Positions 38,600 through 51,900 of a stretch of DNA of 64,000 nt are shown here, piece after piece. The notes under the pieces are model-generated. The model was not told where the DNA came from. It did no database searches and saw only the letters and a list, made by a program, of their open reading frames with translations. The DNA is from Spirogloea muscicola. Its lineage: Eukaryota. Within the stretch, counting starts at the first letter, position 1, and each line of letters begins with the position of its first letter. Location: NCBI GenBank assembly GCA_009602725.1, contig WELB01000005.1, forward strand, positions 643,109 to 707,108. Direction: 5' to 3'. The position numbers were made by a program, and so were the translations under genes.

Positions 38600-40660
38600 G
38601 CCTGCCCTTTGTTCCCTCTCCACTCTTTTGAGACACGCTGCTCACAAGCACATGTTGCAAGAGTCCAAGGCACGTCTACCCTGAGATGGCCACTTCTTTC
38701 CCTGAATAATCTTGTGGCCCGAGGTACTGCAAGTGCAGCGTCACTTGTCACCCTCGAATGCCACTTGACCATGCATCCCCTTCTCTTGCTGCCCTCCTTA
38801 CGTGTACAGGAAAGCGCACGGGATCTATCCTCCATTTGCTTAGCCGCCAGCACTGAAAGTTGGGGACAATCGGGACCAAACTCATCTATCAGCAATGGGC
38901 AGCCCAACCGAACAGTCAAGCTGCTGTATGAGAATTGCCTTGCTTTAGCTGCTTGTCCTTGGAAGTGCATCACAATGGCACTTTGAAGGTTCGCTGGCAA
39001 GGACGTGAGGCCTAAGGCCCTGTAAAAGAGTATTTGCTATGGCAGATAAGAATCTCACAAGCATGTGCTGAAATAGCATTTGTGGCCAGCTTGAAGATGA
39101 TTGAAAGCAATGGAGCTCAAATCCACCACTCACATATCAAAAGGAGCCGGCCTGGCTTCAAAAAGCACGAGCTGCGGCTGCAAACACTTGCTGGTAACTC
39201 CCAGTGACCATTCAGCACCTTCTAGATTCGATTCCAACAACGAAATCTGTGCCAATAACCGACTACAAGGAGTCGACCAGGAAAGCGACTTGGCGGCAGT
39301 GAAGCTTGGCATACATCAGTGCCTCAGGCCGTGGCAGCTCGCCCTCCGACTCCGAGATGCGGTCCAAGTCGCGAGAAAGGTCTCGAAGTGCTTGCAAGAG
39401 CTGGCTCCAGGAATCTCCCTGCTCCTTGGGCTTCTGCAAAAGCCAGGGGCACTAGGAGATGATCTAAGCTCCAATACTAAAAGCTCAGGACAATCAATAT
39501 ATCCTGTTCACTGCCATCATCGTCAACCATTCACCCTGCACAAGACAGCTGATGTACAAGTACTGAACGAGACATTGAGGGACTTGATATATACACCTTC
39601 CCTAGAAAAGGCAGCAGATGCACAAACAGGAAATGGAGGCCTCTGCAAGCTCAAGACATGATGGCATGCTCTTTGGCAGTGCGAAGTTGCTGAAGAGCAA
39701 GCATCAGTGTCTAATGGGGCTGTTTCGCAGGACTGCCACACCTGCATGGCATCAAGTCCTGCTCGAACGCGCTCAATAACGAGCCCGCCAGCTAATACCA
39801 ACGTACAAACAAGCAAGCTCGTGAGTCAGCTAAGTGTGTCAGCTAAGCCCTCCCTTCTCTGCGAATCTTGGTGCTACTCATTTGGCGTTCTCGCACATGT
39901 ACATGTTGCAAGCACCGTGTAGCCTACAGCATGTTGAAAGCAGGGAAGAGCCGCTTCATTGACCAAGTACCTGCTGCAATCATGTGACCACTTCCAAACG
40001 GATGGTCAAGCAAGGAACTGAAGATGAACAAGAAGTCCACCATCTGCCGTCTGTCCGGCAGTATGGGCTGAGGCTTGCTGTCAGAATCCTGCTGCTCGTC
40101 CTCCTGGGCCGCCGCGAGTGCGGCACCAGCATCCTCCTCTGGCGGACCTGCCTGGAGCCCCTCACCTTCGTGGCGATGATCACAGACGAGAATACACGCT
40201 GATTACAAACACATAACGGGCTTGTTATCTCGTCTTCCCAAGGGCTACCCACCACTGGCAGCAGCGGGCTGACGAGGCGCTCCAGCAGGACGACACAGAG
40301 ACATACTGATGCTGCTACGCCCGCCTCTGCCATCGGATGATCACGGCAGCACGACTGACGGAGCGCTTTGGGAGCTCTGTTACTTGTCAGAACGCCAAAA
40401 GGATCGCATGAGTATCACCTGCCTGAGCCTGTGGCGCCGCTTCCTGCACTACTGAGCAGACAAGCCGCGTCCTGGCATGCCGCTGCCTCAGTGGGGCTCG
40501 AGTTGCGGCCGCAGCTGACGGTGCTGGATGCCTCTGGCGCCGCTGCGGCGCAGGAGCGACTGCTGGAGGCCGCCGTGACAGGCGCGCGCCATCCGGCGTC
40601 GGGCAGCTGCCCGCAGCCGCCGCCGCCAGCCGGCACGGCGGCGGCGCTACTGGCGCGGCG
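38600..40660 (-). CDS. Unidentified multi-exon gene; 5' end in or near the N gap
   Basis: AG-preceded open exon-like segments, e.g. EDEQQDSDSKPQPILPDRRQMVDFLFIFSSLLDHPFGSGHMIAA, KPKEQGDSWSQLLQALRDLSRDLDRISE and RLLAQISLLESNLE; no family recognised. Confidence 0.4.
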
Positions 40661-41212
40661 NNNNNNNNNNNNNNNNNNNNNNNNNNNNNNNNNNNNNNNN
40701 NNNNNNNNNNNNNNNNNNNNNNNNNNNNNNNNNNNNNNNNNNNNNNNNNNNNNNNNNNNNNNNNNNNNNNNNNNNNNNNNNNNNNNNNNNNNNNNNNNNN
40801 NNNNNNNNNNNNNNNNNNNNNNNNNNNNNNNNNNNNNNNNNNNGGCGACGGCGGCGTCGGCGTGGAAGCGGCGATGGCGGCGGCGGCGGCGGCGGCGGCG
40901 ACGGCAGGTGCGGCGGCGGCGGAGCCGGGGGGGGGATCGGTTGCCGGTAGGCCACGCGCGGTGAGGCTGAGAACAGTATTCTGCTTCCTGCGCCTTCCGG
41001 CCCTTTCTTGGTCCTTGCACTTCCCTTTTGGGCTCGCCCTCTCACCTTTGTTTCTTTTCGGGCTGGCTTCTCACAGCCCTTGCCACCATTGGGAGAGCCA
41101 TTTCTCTTTTTGGGCTGGCTTTTCCAGCCCTTATCCTCAATGGGCGAGCTATTCAGATTTGCATCTACTGACGAGAGGTTACTGAGAGTTCGCTAACTGC
41201 TGTCCTTAGGGA

Positions 41213-42200
41213 GCAAGCGCGGCCAGATTAACTGGTGCCTGGGAGAGGCCAGCCCAAAAGAATGGACAAGGTCTGAAGGAGTCGGAGTGCTAAGGACTGA
41301 GACAGCAGTAAGCGAACTCTCAGTAACCTCTCGTCAGTAGATGCAAGTCTGAGTAGCTAGCAGGCGGAAAGACGTCGCCCTGACGGAAGCCGGAGGCCGC
41401 CGCCAGAGCGCGGCCTGCGCGCAAGTCGACCGCAAAAGCTAGGGACCGCTGCAAAGAGACGGCCAGGCGCATCCGGTAAACTTGGGCGAGGGACCCGGCG
41501 ACATGGAAGCCAGGCTGCTCGCCTTGCTGCCCGTCGCGGCGGGCCGCTGCTCGCCGCGCAAGGCGGTGAAGGAGGTCCAGCCATTTGGCGCCAAAGGCGC
41601 CGTGTACGTCGACGGCGAGTGGGATAAACTCGTCGCCTACCGGGTGATCTGAGTACTTGCGCTCCTTTGCGGCGGCCGCTTGGCGGACGGCGTAGCCCGC
41701 CTCCTCCGACGAGCGTGTTGCGCTCCTGGAATCCAAGGAGTCCGTTGTGACGACGTCGGCAATGAGCCGAGGCCCCCCGCCGAGCGCGCTAGCGACGAGA
41801 TCGGCGCGCCGGGTGTGGAGACGGCCGTCCGCCCCAGCAGTCAGAGGCATGATGCTGGAGTTCTCCAGCGCCACTGTGTAACCGGCTTCGACAAATATGC
41901 CAAACATCGCGTTCCGGAGCAGGTCGTGTGTGCCGGTCCGCTCCCCTCCCCGTGCGCATCGGAGCATGTGAGCTGCCAGTGACGCCGCGTCCGGGCTGCG
42001 CTCGCCGCACTCGCACTGTTGTACTCCACCTAGGCATGGTGGGTGGAGGCCGAGGAGGCGGTGCACCGCCGTTCGGAATGCGGCGTCCGGCATCCGGAGC
42101 GCGTCGTGGATCGGCAGAGCCGACAGCCAAGCGGCCGCCCCTGGTGAGGACGCCGAGAGCAGTCGCGCGCGCCCCCGGAGGTCGGCTGGAGGCAAAAGCC
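41213..42200 (-). mobile_element. 5'-truncated CRE-type retrotransposon, family B, intact 291-aa C-terminal frame
   Basis: ORF 41320-42195: RARLLS..SPGAAAWLSALP, CECG..H..RC..HD knuckle, RRADLV/IADVVT/KERKY/FIPLAVD endonuclease, SYSDLHLLTRGY*; nearly identical to the 20 kb copy. Confidence 0.93.
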
Positions 42201-42224
42201 CCAGCGCCGTGGAGAAAGACGCCG

Positions 42225-43140
42225 CATTAGCACTCCGGCTCCTTCAGACCTTTGTCCATTCTTTTGGGCTGGCCTCTCCCAGCCACCAGTTAATCGGGCC
42301 GCGCTTGCCCCCCCCCCCCCCCCCCTCTTCTCACAGCCATTGCCTTGCTTTGCATTGGACATTGTCCATCCTTTTTTGGGCTGGCTTTGCCAGCCCCTCT
42401 TCTCTATGGGCGCTCATTTCTTTGCAAGAGCCTGTTTCTCTCCTGCTGACTGGGCCTTGGGCGGCGGGCCGCCGTGGCGCCCGTTCGAAGATCCCGCGGC
42501 ACGCTGCGTGGCCCCTCGCCCACGTCACTGCCAGCTTGGTGTCCAGCGTGTCGTGTCGCTGGGGGCCCGCCTCGCGGAAGGGGGGGACTCGCCGCTATGC
42601 TGGCTTCACGTTGGCGCCGGCACGCGGCCAGACGCCACGGCGGGTGCAGGACTGGGGGGTTTTCCCGTTGCCGCCTCTCGTGGTATTGGGAGCTGCTGCT
42701 TCCTTCTCTGGAAGAGCTTTTCCTCTCTTGCATGCTATAGAATGCGGCTATCATTTAGTCTACAGCGCTCCCAGGCACTCGCGATACACCAGCGTGCTGG
42801 TCGTGCATTAGCCCAGGCTAATGACTTCCGTGGTGGTGGGTTGGCGCCTCAGTATAGCTTGTCAGATATGCATGTGCTCACTCGGGGATATTTAGTGTCC
42901 CCCTTAGCCAGCTCATTACCAGTTAACAGGACATTTGTAAGGCTAGAATTGGCCTCTCTTTCAATTTCATGCGCACCGCGCGCCTTCTCTCTTGAGAGAG
43001 CCACTTCTCTCCCTCTTCGCTGACAGACATCGCCCCCTTGGGTAAACCTGTCATTTTGGGCTGGCTTTCAAACCATCGTCCCCCTCTGCAAAAATACTTC
43101 TTTTGAGCTGGCCTCTCACAGCCATCGCCCCTTTGGATGA
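42225..43140 (+). mobile_element. Chain of CRE 3' ends (families B, A, D and hairpin modules)
   Basis: Family-B UTR 42225-42307, family-A UTR 42350-42420, family-D C-terminus SLSDMHVLTRGY plus UTR to about 42990. Confidence 0.8.
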
Positions 43141-43328
43141 GCATTCTCCCTGGGGTGCCTGCATCTTGGGAGCCTGTGTGTAAGACGCATTGCTGCGCTC
43201 GGGTTGCACCCCTCCACGTGGGGAGGAATGGACATGGCCAAAGGCGGGCAGAAATCAGATGAAGAGCTGATGTGGAGTGGGTCAAACGAGGCTGCAGAGG
43301 CTGCCAAGGGCTGATAGAGCGCCAAGTA

Positions 43329-45037
43329 TCAATCATGCGTTCTTTTAGCGCCGAGTAGGGTGTTATCAAGTAGCATAGCTATTGTCATGGGGCCAACGCC
43401 ACCAGGGACAGGAGTTATCCTTCCTGCAACCTGCTTGACAGCGCCAAAATCAACATCGCCAACAAGCCTGTAGCCAGCTTTCTTGGTCGAATCGTCCACA
43501 GCGTTTGTGCCAACGTCTATCACTGCAGCTCCCGGTTTGATCCAATCCGCTTTCACCTGTCCAGGGAGACTAGCACATTCACGTCAGGAGCAAGCATTGC
43601 AACTGTAAAGGCACCTGTTGGCGAAACCCTCTGTCTATCATCTGCATGCAGGTGCTTGGTCAACAATCCATACTGAAAATTTCCCAAGGCCCTGAGAACT
43701 GCATGGACATACCATCTCTGCTTGCCCAGCCGCAGCAACAACAATATCAGCATCCCTCACAACACGTGCAGGATTAGTAGTTCGTGAATGGACAATTGTA
43801 ACAGTTGCATCACGCTCAAGGAGCATCATTGCTACAGGTAAGCCAACTATGTTACTCCTCCCTACAACTACAGCCCTCTTGCCAGATATCGTGACTCCAC
43901 TCTGCTCAAGTAACTCCATGCACCCCTGCCAGCGAAGACGGACGTCAGTTTTGGAATCACACAAGCGACGATGACGAGCAGATTCTGCACTGACATATTC
44001 TGAGACTGACACATCACATGTGTGGACTAGCTGAAAGGTCCGCTGCAAACTCTTGTAAGGATTTCTCCGCGGAGGAGCTCTTATCAGACCTTGGGCGTGC
44101 ATGGAGCAAAAAGGGGAGTGTGTCCTTTCATGCACAAGTTGCCGATATTTAACGGGTGGAAACCATCCACATCCTTTTCCACGCTGATCTCATTGAGAAC
44201 TCTTTCCTCGTTGACATGTTTCGGAAGGGGAAGTTGCACAAGGATGCCTGCACGGTCCGCGTCTTACAATGTCATCTAATCTGTGTGCTGCAGCATTGAG
44301 TGCAACTCGTAGAAGGGAAGCAATTTGGTGGATCTAAGCTTTTGTTTGATTCTGGTTTGTCCAGACAAGCCTAACTTCGTCCCACTCACGATACGACTAT
44401 TACATCTGCCTCACCTCATGCACTCTATATTGACCAGGGCTGACAAGAAACTCCAGCTGCGTTATTACTTGGTAGCATTTGCCCTTTTAATCTGCCGTGT
44501 CGAGCGCCGTCCACCTTTACAGCCAACTGCTTGAACATCAACAGTTACTTGGTCGTGGGCATCAGGGCGACGCACCGTGCACGTCCGGGTTGGCATTCAG
44601 GTCCTTAACGGCGTTTAGAATGTCCTGCTCGCTGCTGTCTCCTGGGAGGTCGTGGTCAAATGATCGGATGCCGGCGTCTGCGCAAGCCTTCCTCTTCATC
44701 CGGACATACGTCTGGGAGTCCTTTCGGTCCCCCACGATCACGACGGCCAGACCAGGCACCTGCACTCACCACCGCAAGCAGCCGAGAGGGTCGGCGACCT
44801 GACCGTTCGCTTCTTTCTACGTGAGACTTGGTCGTGCAGCGCCGGCGACTGCGCCCCACTCAACTCACTGCGGGACCGGCTACGGTGCCCCACTAAGCCC
44901 ACGTGGGAAGGCCGCACCTTGCCGTGCGTGCGCCTCATGACCTCGACCTCGGCGGCGATCCTCGCGGTGGCGGCCGCCGCCATGGCCTTGCCGTCGATGA
45001 CCACGGCGCCGGGGGGACCGCCACCGCCGTCTGCCAT
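43329..45037 (-). CDS. FOLD: Bifunctional methylenetetrahydrofolate dehydrogenase/cyclohydrolase, multi-exon
   Basis: [72 protein letters not shown] and [20 protein letters not shown] motifs. Confidence 0.96.
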
Positions 45038-45192
45038 CGCGGCACGCTGGAGGCCTGCCGTCACGCCGCCAGCCTGATGCGTCGGCCGGCAGAAGCGAAG
45101 GCCCGGCGCCGCGTAGGGCTCGCCTCCACGGCAGGCGTCGGCGGAGGCGGCGGCGGCGGCCTGGACTCGGTTTTGAGAGTTAGGGCTGGAAT

Positions 45193-45200
45193 TAGGGTTT
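45193..45200. promoter_or_regulatory. Telo-box-like motif in the 280-bp divergent FolD/thioesterase spacer
   Basis: TAGGGTTT (AAACCCTA on the minus strand); function inferred. Confidence 0.35.
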
Positions 45201-45317
45201 GCGCTGGCGCGACCTACGCTACTAGGATGGCCGCCCCCGAGGTCCGCCCGGGCGCGGCGGCGGCGGCGGCGGTGGCGGCGATGTGAGGGCTGGCAATCCC
45301 CCGGAGTGGCGCCGCCG

Positions 45318-48213
45318 ATGGACTCGGCGGCCGGCGACGGCCGGGCCGAGGCGCGGCGCTCCGACGTCCTGGCCTTCCTCTGCGGCATCCCGCTCATCCA
45401 GCAGCTCCCTGCCGCCGCAGGTCGCCGCCGCCGCCGCTGCCGCCGCCAGAGCCTCCGCCTGCGCCGGGCTCGGGCTGGCCCCGCCGCCGTCACGTCGGGC
45501 CTGGCGTTGCGGCTGAGCCGTGGCTCTGGAGTCCGGCTGCGTCAGTCGAGCAGATCGCCGACTGCATGGACGTCGTGCGGTACCGGCCCGGCGAGCTGCT
45601 GGCGCACGAGGGCACGCGCGGCGACGGCCTGTACGTCGTGTGGAAGGGCCAGGCCGAGGTACCGCTGAGCGGCGCGCAGCGCGGCCTCGAGCGCACGCGC
45701 ATCACCATCATGGAGGGGGACTACTTCGGGCAGGCCTGCACGGGTCTGCGGCCCCCTCCACTGATAGCCCCGCGGCTGGCTCTGACGGCATTTGACGACG
45801 CAGAGGCTGTCGATTGAGCCCACTGCTCGACTTCCATCTCCATGCCTTGTCAAATTTGCGCCGCTTGGTGCAGCACACTATGTCTGCTTCACCAGATTCT
45901 TTGATAATGGGTTGCTGTCTATCTGTCTAGTTGTGTTTCAGGTTGAGACCCTTCCAAACAAGCTTCGACTTGCCTGTGTTGTCGAGTGGCAGTCGAGAAT
46001 GGGTCATGGCGCCTCACTCGTGGAAGCCGTCCTTTGCACACCTGCTCAGATCCCAATGGAGGGCTTCATCGAGCTGACGTGATCGCAACCACCGACGTGA
46101 CGTGCTTCATCTTGCGCCACGAGCACTCTCACTTGCTGGCTGCGACCTCATCGTGGAGTTTGGAGGTCAGCTACTCATTTTACAAAGCGCAGCCGCCTTC
46201 TAGGGATGGCTCCACTTCGACCAGGTACCATGCATCGGTGCTAGGGCGTGAGAGCATCTGGTGATCCTTCTCTGGCAGTCACCACCAGAGGAGCAAGTGG
46301 CTGTTGTGGAGCGCATCTTACAGCTCGAAAAGCTGGAAATTGACCTTTTCAGAGGCCACACGCCGCCGGAAGGCAACCTGTACCCGAGGGTCTTCGGCGG
46401 CCAGCTGCTGGGCCAAGCCCTGGCAGCGGCCTGCAAGTCTGTCAACCCGTCGCTCCTTGTTCACAGCCTCCAGTCGTACTTTCTTGTTGCTGGTGATACC
46501 ACCTGTGAGGAGCCCATTCTCCCCGCAGCATCCGAATTGCTGTTCTACACCGCTCAGCTTGTGCAAATAGACGCCAACTCAAGTTGCCACCTTCATTTTC
46601 AGATAATTGGTGTCATTGACTGGCAGTGTGCGTGACTGACAATTTAAGCTGCGCTTTGGCTTGTGAAAGTACCTATTATCTACCGTGTTGAACGGATCCG
46701 CGATGGGAACTCATTTGCTACACGCTACGTGGTGGCTGTACAAAAGGGCAAGAACATATTTAGCATGCATGCATCATTTCAGAAGACAGAAGAGGGCTTC
46801 GAGCACCAGGTATGTCCACTCTGTACACATGCCTGCTTTTTCACTAGGCTTTTTTGGGCATCTGTTGCTACCTGCAAGGCATTTGTGCATCATACAAGAT
46901 TGACTTGCAGTGAAGCTTGGCTTCTCATTGTCTGGTGCACAGATTCCCATGCCAAGCCCTGTGCCACTTCCCCAAGAAGTGCTGCCTTGGGATAAATTGC
47001 AAGGTGTGCCCCTTTGGTCCATCAAGATGATTAATGACCTTGTGCTCATTCAAGGTCTTTGTTGACGGTATTAGAAACAAGTGTGATGGAAAAGTGTTTG
47101 TTGTCCATCTGCTGAAGCAAGGTGCCGATTGTGAGACTGAGGACATACCTTTCACCTCTAATGCAGAAAGCTATAAGACGGACTCCCGCATACCAAGTCA
47201 TGTACGCAGAAAAATTGCAGAGAGGAAGCGTCCACTGATGCCAATTGATATGCGCTTCATCAGCCCAGTGGACAGGTATGGTATACCTTCTGCCTGTCCT
47301 TCTGTTGAAGATTGTCGTGTCATCATCAGTCGCAGTAGTTGTTCTTGATGCAGGCATTGTAGGTGCGTGACCACCATCACACTTATTGCTTGCATCTTCT
47401 GCTGATAGGGTGGACCCTGGGAAAAGAGATCCACGACAGCTCATCTGGATACGTGCCAGGGGCAAGCTGTCCTCAGACCAGGTACTGGGGTCTTCTCATT
47501 CATTGCCTTGAAGGCATATGCATGCAGCACTTGGGCTGCTCGTGGTTTATAAATGTTTTGGGCTGGAGGAAGTCAACAGATGCCAAAGTTGATCGTTGTA
47601 AAGAAAAAGTCCTGCAGACCTGTCGGCCTCTCGGCGCCGTGAGGAGCAAAGGCATGCTGCACCGTACTTGGCTCACTGTGCAGGCTTTGCAGCGCTGTGT
47701 GCTTGCATATGCATCAGACTTTTCCTTCCTTGAGACTGCTCTTCTGCCACACGGAGTGGCTAGCCCAAACACGCGTCTGGTGATGGCGAGCTTGGATCAC
47801 TGCATGTGGTTTCACAAGCCCTTGTGTGCTGACGACTGGCTTCTCTACCAGGCAAGTGCTTGCTTGAAGCCTTGACTCTGTTAGCTGCAGCTGGTAGCAC
47901 ATTACTTTACACATAATCTGTTTGCACAGATATGAGGACAATTATGCTGTCACACTGATGAGTCGTGGTCTGCTCGACCATATTGCAGATAGAAAGCCCA
48001 AGGTCCTCCGGTTCAAGAGGTTTCTGTCTGGGCCGCATGTACAGTCAAACTGGGGAGCTTGTGGCATCGGTTGCTCAAGAGGGTCTAATACGCCTGCCTA
48101 ACCTTGGAAAGCCCGGCAGTACAGCCACTGTCCGATTGCCTCCAACTGTGTCACTGCCAGCTGCTGACACCTCCCTGGCTACTCCTTCAGACCAGCCAAG
48201 GTCCCGGTTGTGA
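45318..48213 (+). CDS. Peroxisomal acyl-CoA thioesterase II (TesB/ACOT8, plant ACH2-like) with N-terminal cNMP-binding domain
   Basis: [32 protein letters not shown] (cNMP domain); [57 protein letters not shown]-terminal SRL PTS1. Confidence 0.93.
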
Positions 48214-50111
48214 AACCCTATTCTTGATGAAGCTCCCAAGTGTGATGGGAGATGGTACAACTGCAGCTAGAGCCATGTGGAGCCAGCCACTTAACACTGC
48301 TACTCATGGTACGCCCATATCCAGAAGAAGCATGGCTTGCACCTTTACAAATGGCAGCTGTGTAGCTCACACTACATGTGCTGATGGTTACATACAAGGT
48401 GCCCAGTCTTGAGATCTGGCATTCGGTGCTCAAGGTGCACTTAGGTCTCCTGATGCTACAGCTGTCCGTCTGAGCAAGCTGAAGCTGGTCCAACCTTCTC
48501 GAGTCTGCCAAGGCTTGACAACCACAACCTACATAGGCACTGAACACGCTCAAAGGCCAACTAGTATGTTGCTTGGCGAGGGAGCGGAGGCTGAAGTCCC
48601 TTGCAAAAGGTGCTCAGGGAGGCCTTTATGCAAGGGCAGCCTTGTGTGACCGTGGAGCTGGGCCCTTGAGTACTAGATTGGCACTTGACTCCTGCGTGGT
48701 GGTGCTGGGCTGGTGGACAAATGTGCAGCAGGCAGTCGGTGGAATTGATTAAGCTGGGCTGGCAAGAAGTGGGAGAAGGGGGGGCAGATTTAATAAAGAG
48801 GAATGGGTAAGCCGAAGGATGGCATGCCGAAGCGACTGCAGTGCTGCAGAGCAGCTCAATTCTTCAGCGTATTTGCTACAGAAGATACACAGCTTGCATA
48901 CCCACTGCTAGGGAGCCCAGGTCGGAAGGCTGCAAGCACCTGCAGCAATGTTTTTGGGTAGCAGGGGTTGATACACAGTTTGGAGCTCCCAGTCTAGCAA
49001 GATGGAGGCAATGTGGAGGTGCCAAGATGGTGAAGAGAAATAGGTAAGGTCCACCTAGTTCATTAGTGGTACGCTGTCATAGGCTGTGTTCTTAGGCATG
49101 GCGTGTGAAGATGCTATGTTGAGTTGATACTTATCGAACTAGGACATACTGTCTTGCAAGTGAGCTGCTTTTGCTCCGCTTCATTTTGAGCACTAGTGGT
49201 CTCAAGGCTCCTTCTGTCAATATCTTAGCCTCCATCAGGTACTTGGGTAGTTGGAGCTGCCTGCGGAAAGTGCAAGCCATTCCAACAACTTTCTGTCGTG
49301 CAGCAAGTATCCATTTGCCACTAACCTCTCGATTCACCTGTGCAGTGTAATGCTAGATTGTGATCTCTGCTCCTGCTTATGCTACTTCACCTTAGCTTCA
49401 TCATGAAGTCCTTCATACATCATGCAGCAGACACGAGTGCACGAACGCTGTACTTCACACTGCGAGTTACTGGCAGACTGCACGGACAGCCGAGGCAGAT
49501 GGATGAATGACAATTGTTGACAGCTGCACGCTGCAGTCGTGATTCATTTGCTAGAGTATCTGCTGCACTGTCATGCTGCTGCTCCAGCATGATCCTCCAT
49601 GACAAACTTTGTAGAGGATGAGGCAGCCACCTTCTACTGCTGTAGTGGATACAATCTGATTGCAGTTAGTAAGTTCCGACAGTCAGTGAAGTTTCTGATT
49701 ATTTCATCTCTCCAGTGCAAGTACTTCTCCACATTGCACACAACCTACCTCTGCCATTTACTACAACTCAAAGTCGAAATTCGTGCTACTTTCAGTCCTG
49801 CAACTACTATTTCACTTGGTAAAGTGAGCTGTGAACCTGAGGTACATCATCTGATTACTGAGAATTGAACAAATGGATACAAGGCCATGACCAAAGAAGA
49901 TGTTACACTTGTCATGGCAGGAAGGTTACAATCACTGGCAATCTTGATAGTTGCTGCTGCTCATCAATGGACATGCATGGGCATTGTCCATGGCTGTACG
50001 AAGCCCAAGTTGCGCTGATCTCATGGTTCATCTCCCCCTTTGCAAGTCGCTGAGCCTCACAGACTCCTCCTTAGGCCTTGTTAAATCTGACAAGGATACC
50101 CTCAGCAGCAG

Positions 50112-51502
50112 TCACAGATGCTTTGGGAGCCTCCTCTTGGGGCAGCTCAGAATCTTTATCTTTCCACTCAGCTGCAACTGTATGATGTTCTGGATGGAGG
50201 GGAGGTTCAAGCAGGCCAGAGCGTTCGCTTGGCTGACAGCCTGCGTGGCATGCAATATGCAATCAGAATGGCTGCTCCTCAGCAGCTCGCATGCCATCTC
50301 TATCAACAATCAGCATCACCTCTGCCTGGAGGTCAGAGCAAGGACCTTGGTCTGCTTTCACAAAAGCAAGGCCTGACGAGATTGGCAATACTCACTGGGG
50401 GTGCTCCTCTTTTAGGAGGTGGGGAGGGGGCATTCAGCACTGGGCAGCACTTCGTCAGGAGTGTGGCCTGCTTTGTGCAATACTTGATGATGAAATCTAC
50501 AAAGGGCTTGACCTGCCCAGCGAGCACAAACAGAAGGGTGGAGGGTTCAGTTCAAGGAATATGCTGTGTGAGAGGCAAGTTTCATCACTCTACACCATCA
50601 CCTGCTCACTTGGGGAGCTTACACACAGCAATGCGGAGCAGTTTCATGACAAAACGCAAATGACATCAAGCGTCGACGGCCCACCTGCGCGTTGGTGAAG
50701 GGGCACTTGCCCAGCTTGACCGGCGGCGGTGCTGCAGGTCAGGTCAAGCTCGCTGCTTCAGCACAACTTGCAAGCCCTCAAGAACATTATTAACGATGGT
50801 GTCCGTGTGCTGTGGGCGTACGGCCCGTGAACGGGCATTGAAATGACCATGCAGCCCTCAGCTGGCATCTCAGCCCCAGTGCATGCGCCCCCGATGAGGA
50901 TGCCTCGTAAACCCTACTTACTGTGATAGGGCGGAAATCTGTAAAAGTACGGCGGCGGAGGTGAGTGCTTGGCATGCGACTTCCTTGCCGGTGACTTGAC
51001 GACCTTCATGCTGATCATCAGCTGGTCCCGCAGGACTGCACAGAGAACATGCGTACACATATTGACATTGTCAGCTTGGATGGGCACGGTAGTGGCCTGT
51101 TGAACGCAGACTGCACCTCAAGATTCTACACAGACTCTTAAGCAAGGTGGACTTGCCCCAAGATGCTCAAAAGGCTCATTTGCAACTTGGATACATGCAA
51201 TTATATATTTTGTCGGTGGATGTATATGGTCACTGTTGGCATGGGTAAAAGCCGGCGCTCTGCGGGCAAGGCCAAGGAGTGGCCGCCCGTGGCCGCCAAA
51301 GCATTGGGAAAGCCCGTGAAACGCTGCAAGAGTCGCCCCAAACTCAACAAGGCCCGCGGAGGGCCGTTTAAAGACGGCTCGGTCCGATAGCGACGGGCCG
51401 GCGCAGCGGCGGGGCATCGGCAGGCTCACCCTGCATGGGGCTCTGGGCGGCGGCGGCGCCGGCCAGCGCCAGGACGGCGAAGAGGGCGGCGACGAGCTTC
51501 AT
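50112..51502 (-). CDS. Small secreted Pro-rich/Cys-containing protein (hybrid-PRP/LTP-like arrangement), about 5 exons
   Basis: MKLVAALFAVLALAGAAAAQSPMQ signal peptide; exons ...KHSPPPPYFYRFPPYH / PPPVKLGKCPFTNAQ / VKPFVDFIIKYCTKQATLLTKCCPVLNAPSPPPKRGAPP / AVSQANALACLNLP...LSCPKRRLPKHL* with GT/AG borders. Confidence 0.65.
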
Positions 51503-51749
51503 GGCGGCGGCGGCGGCGGGGGGCGTTTCTGACTGAGCCTGGGCTGGCAAGGCGGGGGCCAAGGTTGGTGGGAGACAGGCGGAGGTCCCACCCCAGGTCA
51601 CCCACCAGGGAGGACCTGGTGGGTGGACCTGCACCTGCACCTTCGGTGTTCACTGGCTTTGTGTACCGGCTTGCCTTTCTTCCGTGTTTCCGGCTCCTTT
51701 GACCTTGCCCAGTCTTTCTGGGCCGGCCGTTGTCCTGACCTGCGGCTGC

Positions 51750-51900
51750 AAACAGGGGATACTGAGCACCCAATGGCCACTTGAGTCGCCATGTGCCCTG
51801 ATGCTTTCTCCGGCCCTTCGAACTTCGTTCATTCGTTCGTTTCCTAGGCTGGTCAATCACAGCCACCGCCCTCACCTGGAAGAGTCTCCCTTCTTTGAAA
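51750..51900 (+). mobile_element. CRE-type 3' end, family F
   Basis: ...GY* then GAGCACCCAATGGCCACTTGAGTCGC and a GGCTGGTCAATCACAGCC hairpin; homologous to 62665-62785. Confidence 0.6.
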
